Positions 60,447-64,000 of a DNA stretch of 64,000 nt are shown here, one piece after another (within the stretch, counting starts at the first letter, position 1; each line of letters begins with the position of its first letter). The translations under genes were made by a program, and so were the position numbers. The notes below the pieces were generated by a model. That model was given only the letters and a program-made list of their open reading frames with translations. It made no database searches and was not told the origin of the DNA. This stretch comes from Candidatus Latescibacterota bacterium (lineage in GTDB: Bacteria > Latescibacterota > UBA2968 > UBA8231): NCBI GenBank assembly GCA_965197905.1, contig CBDAOB010000003.1:448001-512000 (forward strand), given 5' to 3'.

Positions 60447-60823
60447 TGCAGTTTCGAAACCAGGACGCGATCTATCTGCAGATCGCCAATTACATAATCG
60501 AGAATATCCTTCGGCAGAGATGGAAGCCGGGAGACCGGGTGCCCTCGATAAGGGAGCTGGCCATGGACGTTGAGGTCAATCCGAACACGGTGACCCGCAC
60601 CTACGCATGGTTGCAGGAGCGGGATGTTATCGACAACCGGCGCGGCCTCGGCTACTTCGTTGCCGATGACGGGCTCGCAAGGACCCGCCAGCTCAAAATG
60701 ACGGAATTCGTCGAGCGGGATATTCCCGCTTTGTCCACGACCATGGAGCTGCTGGGACTCGAGGTGGGGGATCTGGAGTCCCGGCTGTTGGCATACCGCG
60801 AAAAACAGGGAGCTGAGACATGA
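60446..60823 (+). CDS. GntR family (YtrA subfamily) transcriptional regulator
   Basis: AIYLQIA, PSIRELA...VNPNTV.R.Y and RRGLGYFV; short C-terminal domain. Start trimmed to MQFRNQ. Confidence 0.92.
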   Translation: MQFRNQDAIYLQIANYIIENILRQRWKPGDRVPSIRELAMDVEVNPNTVTRTYAWLQERDVIDNRRGLGYFVADDGLARTRQLKMTEFVERDIPALSTTMELLGLEVGDLESRLLAYREKQGAET

Positions 60824-61515
60824 AAACGAGCAGCAAGGTTTTGTTGGGGACCGCCATTGCAGTGATCGGTCTCATCTTCGTTGGGTCCGTCGCAGCCCGG
60901 ATATCGGTGGGTTCGATCCTCGAAGAGGTGGCGGACATTGCGGAACCTGGACCGACTGTCGAGCGAAGTTTCTCCATCGAGGGTTTTACTGCCCTCGACG
61001 TCTCAGGCGTCTGGGAAGTGACCATCGCCAAAGGTGATTACGCTGTCTCGGTGCATGCGCCCGAGAACCTCTTCGAACACTTAGGGGTGGAGAGCAGGGG
61101 CGCCGTCCTGCATCTCGATCCCAGGCGCGTGGATTCGAACATCAAGCTTCGAGCCAGCGTCTCGATGCCAGCTCTCGAAGCTCTGGACATATCTGGCGTA
61201 ACGAAGGTGGAGTTGAGCGACATGGAGACCGAAAGATTCATTGTTGACCTGTCCGGTGCCAGCAAGATTGTGAGCAGGGGGGGAAGGATTGGAACCTTGG
61301 AACTCGACCTTTCGGGGGTCAGCAAGGTCAACTTTTCGGAAACCCCGACCACACACGCTTCGGTGGACCTGTCGGGAGCCTCGCACACCGAACTGTGGAT
61401 GCAGGGCGGCCGCCTCGAGGGAGATATCTCAGGGGCATCCTCTATCACATATCGTGGGCATGTCTCCTCCGAGACCGTCAACATATCTGGAGTATCGAAA
61501 GTGACTCAACGTTAG
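60820..61515 (+). CDS. DUF2807 / GIN-domain beta-helix protein
   Basis: N-terminal TM anchor, FTALDVSG and repeated (D/N)(L/I)SG(A/V)S(K/H) units. Confidence 0.82.
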   Translation: MKTSSKVLLGTAIAVIGLIFVGSVAARISVGSILEEVADIAEPGPTVERSFSIEGFTALDVSGVWEVTIAKGDYAVSVHAPENLFEHLGVESRGAVLHLDPRRVDSNIKLRASVSMPALEALDISGVTKVELSDMETERFIVDLSGASKIVSRGGRIGTLELDLSGVSKVNFSETPTTHASVDLSGASHTELWMQGGRLEGDISGASSITYRGHVSSETVNISGVSKVTQR

Positions 61516-61552
61516 CCGCTGGCAGCCCGTCCGCTGCGACAAGGTTTGTTTC

Positions 61553-62263
61553 TTATTGTGCAACTGCCTCAAACTGCGTCGCCAGCTTGGGACCCAAACC
61601 TTCCTCCTCATGTTTGAAGAATACGAAGGCGCGGTCCCAGGTTTCGGATTTGATCTTATCTGCGAATTTGCTCAACTCTGCCTCGTCGTACCCGCTGCCG
61701 CGCAAACGGAGGTACCCCCATGAAGCGGTTGCGGCAAATCTACGCTCTACATCTTCGGCGCTATCTTCGTCTTCGTGAGCGAAACAAAGCGCGATGTTCT
61801 TGGACTGCAGACAGTCCCTGACCTCGTCGTCGAACCAACTGTCGTGACGGAATTCCATGGCTGCCGGCATTCCGTCTGGGAGCTGATCGACGAAGGCCTG
61901 TAGACGTTCCATCTCCTTCTTGAGATATGGAGGTAACTGAAAAAGAACGGCCCCGAGACGATCTCCCAGGTTGGAGGCGATCTCGGCGAAGTATGCGGTC
62001 TCCTCCTCGACGTTCTTCAATCTCTTTTGGTGCGTAATCCTCCTCGTCGCTTTCATCGAAAACCGAAACTCCTCAGGGACTTGTTCAGCCCACGCTTTCA
62101 CCACATCCGGTTTCGGCACGTGGTAGAAGGAGTTGTTGATCTCGACGCTCTTGAAATGCTGACCGTAAAACTCCAGCATATCCTTGTCGGCAAACTTCTC
62201 CTGATAGAAGGGACCTTTCCACCCTTTGTAGTTATAGCCACTGGTGCCGATATAGAACTCCAT
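61553..62263 (-). CDS. DUF72 (YecE-like) protein
   Basis: IGTSGY.Y..W.G.FY, VEINNSFY, RITH, LFQLPP, EFRH.SW and YLRLR motifs. Confidence 0.92.
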   Translation of the reverse strand: MEFYIGTSGYNYKGWKGPFYQEKFADKDMLEFYGQHFKSVEINNSFYHVPKPDVVKAWAEQVPEEFRFSMKATRRITHQKRLKNVEEETAYFAEIASNLGDRLGAVLFQLPPYLKKEMERLQAFVDQLPDGMPAAMEFRHDSWFDDEVRDCLQSKNIALCFAHEDEDSAEDVERRFAATASWGYLRLRGSGYDEAELSKFADKIKSETWDRAFVFFKHEEEGLGPKLATQFEAVAQ

Positions 62264-62389
62264 CCGTACCTCCGTGTGAAACGTAAATCTTTAATCTACC
62301 AAAAATCCGACGATGAAACACTTGTCGAGGGGCGCCTGTAGCATCGCAATATTCTGGTAAAATCGGGAAAATCGTTGTAGTCTCCTCCC

Positions 62390-62890
62390 ATGCCCACCGA
62401 GGAAAACGCCTACATCGACGAGAAGGGACGAACTCGCTGGCGCCAGAACGATGCCCTCGCTGACAAGCTGGCCGAACTTCACGACTTCCTGGTCGTCGGC
62501 GGCTATCCTGAAACCCACGCGGCGCGTTACCGGCAGCTTGCCCGCTTCATTTCCCGACATCCGGAAAGGATCGACCTCATCCATTCCGAGGGACGACTTG
62601 CGGATATTTCCGGTATAGGGGCCAGCGTCGCCGTCATCATCGGCGAGTATATCGACACTGGCACCTCGACGAAATTCGAGCAGTTCGCGGCAACGACGCC
62701 GCCTTCAGTCCTGGAGCTTTTGCTGGTTCCCGGTATCGGCGTGAAGACGGCTCGGGCGCTTTACCGCGATCACGGACTCGACAGTTTGGCCAAGCTGCAG
62801 GCGGGCCTGGAGGAAGGCCGCCTGCAGGGAGTCAAGGGAATGGGGCCCAAGACACTCGAGGCCATCAAGAACACCACAGTGTCGCCATGA
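62390..62890 (+). CDS. Stand-alone helix-hairpin-helix protein resembling the N-terminal (8-kDa + fingers) part of PolX
   Basis: ISGIGASVA..I.E...TG, LLLVPGIGVKTA..LY and VKGMGPKT. No palm or PHP domain. Confidence 0.8.
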   Translation: MPTEENAYIDEKGRTRWRQNDALADKLAELHDFLVVGGYPETHAARYRQLARFISRHPERIDLIHSEGRLADISGIGASVAVIIGEYIDTGTSTKFEQFAATTPPSVLELLLVPGIGVKTARALYRDHGLDSLAKLQAGLEEGRLQGVKGMGPKTLEAIKNTTVSP

Positions 62891-64000
62891 GCGAAGCATC
62901 GCGAGCACGGGCGAAGGTCATGGCCACCGGTCTGTATCCGCACCAGATCGAGGGTGTTGCTTTCCTTCTGGGCCGGCAACGGTCGATTCTCGCCGACGAC
63001 ATGGGACTCGGGAAGACGCGGCAGTCAGCGATTGCCATGGCGGAAGCGCGTCCCGACGGTCCCTATCTTGTCGTTTGCCCTGCCGCCGTCAAAACGAACT
63101 GGTCTCGCGAGCTCGTGCTCGCCCTGCCCGATACGGAGACCCGTATCGTCGGACCGCAACCGCCGCCGGCACGGGGATTCGACGGCTGGGCGATTATCAA
63201 CTATGACATCCTCGGCAAACATCTCGAGTCGCTGAAGGCCCACAACTGGAACGGCCTCGTTTTCGACGAAGCCCACTACCTGAAGAACCACCGTTCCAAA
63301 CGGCATCGCTTCGCCGTCGACCTGGCAGAGCACGCCGGTGATGGCACGGTTATCCATCTACTGACCGGCACCCCGCTGACGAATCGACCCCGCGACCTCT
63401 TCCCCCTGCTGCAGCTGGTGCGGCACTCCCTGGGTCGCAGCTTCCTCACCTTCGCCAAGCGATATTGCGACGCCTTCAAGGGAGATTTCGGCTGGGTCAC
63501 CGAGGGCGCCAGCAACATCGAAGAGTTGACCGTCCAACTCCACGGCGTGATGTTGCGGCGCACCAAAAACGAAACCCTGGATCTGCCGCCCAAACTGCGG
63601 ACCTGGCTCGAGGTAGAGGTGGGTCCGGGGGCTGCGCGCAGAATGAGCGAGGTTGTGCTCGAACTGATGAAGACAGTTTCGCGCAGGGGGGAGTTGCTCA
63701 ACTCCGAGTCGGACAGCGATCCAGGCGGAGCAGCCGTTGAAGAAAAGACTACCCGTCGAAGGCGGGGGAACGTGCTGGGCAAGCTGCAGAAAGCGCGGGA
63801 GCGGCTGGCCGCAGCAAAGGTCCGCTCCACGATTCCGTTCGTCGAGAACGCGATCGAGCAGGGCGAAAAGGTGCTGCTTTTTTCGTGTTTCGCCATACCT
63901 CTGGCGAGAATTCACAGACACTTCGGCGAATCTGCGGTGGGCATCAGCGGTGAAATGCCGATGCGGCAACGACAGATATCGATCGATCGGTTTCAGAACG
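62887..64000 (+). CDS. SNF2-family (HARP/SMARCAL1-like) DEAH helicase, truncated by the window edge
   Basis: Not in the ORF track (no stop in the window). Manual translation: MSEASR...LYPHQIEGV...ILADDMGLGKT...LVVCPAAVKTNW..E...INYDIL...FDEAHYLKN...LTGTPLTNRP...MLRRTK...EKVLLFS. Confidence 0.9.
   Translation, partial: MSEASRARAKVMATGLYPHQIEGVAFLLGRQRSILADDMGLGKTRQSAIAMAEARPDGPYLVVCPAAVKTNWSRELVLALPDTETRIVGPQPPPARGFDGWAIINYDILGKHLESLKAHNWNGLVFDEAHYLKNHRSKRHRFAVDLAEHAGDGTVIHLLTGTPLTNRPRDLFPLLQLVRHSLGRSFLTFAKRYCDAFKGDFGWVTEGASNIEELTVQLHGVMLRRTKNETLDLPPKLRTWLEVEVGPGAARRMSEVVLELMKTVSRRGELLNSESDSDPGGAAVEEKTTRRRRGNVLGKLQKARERLAAAKVRSTIPFVENAIEQGEKVLLFSCFAIPLARIHRHFGESAVGISGEMPMRQRQISIDRFQN

Noticed and set aside
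1..64000. CRISPR arrays, tRNA/rRNA genes, transposases, integrases, prophage genes
   Set aside because: No regularly spaced repeats, cloverleaf or rRNA signatures, or DDE/tyrosine-recombinase motifs were seen by eye. Short or degenerate elements could have been missed.

Overview
Gene-dense bacterial window of moderately high GC, with no rRNA, tRNA, CRISPR array or intact mobile element that I can recognise. In order it holds: (1) a mosaic first 4 kb (LLM, epimerase, an AT-richer MBL-fold gene, a deleted MDR/ADH-like gene); (2) a complete form-II-type cox / xanthine-oxidase-family molybdoenzyme cluster (coxD, coxE, mocA, xdhC, coxG, coxS-L-M) whose active-site loop reads ALRGAGR; (3) three signalling modules, two of them led by a porin gene, plus HDOD, PilZ and DUF342 genes; (4) an apparently decaying accessory patch at about 17-25 kb (two ankyrin genes, an APH-like kinase, an SDR, a methyltransferase remnant and a broken hybrid kinase fused to a GNAT); (5) catabolic genes (sulfatase, LLMs, MlrC-like peptidase, three tandem GHL6/GH42M-type glycoside-hydrolase-like paralogues, AKR, SDR, PHP-fold hydrolase); (6) a YtrA-type ABC operon with a clear promoter and operator; (7) a DUF72 / stand-alone PolX-N HhH / SNF2 helicase trio running off the right end. 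Several genes carry 1-2 nt frameshifts that may be sequencing errors. The best candidates for something undescribed are a structured leader upstream of an ankyrin protein with a small N-terminal helical domain, the porin + mini-PBP + hybrid kinase triad, the glycoside-hydrolase triplet with redox partners, and the HhH-SNF2-DUF72 module. All family calls come from motif recognition by eye; no database searches were run.
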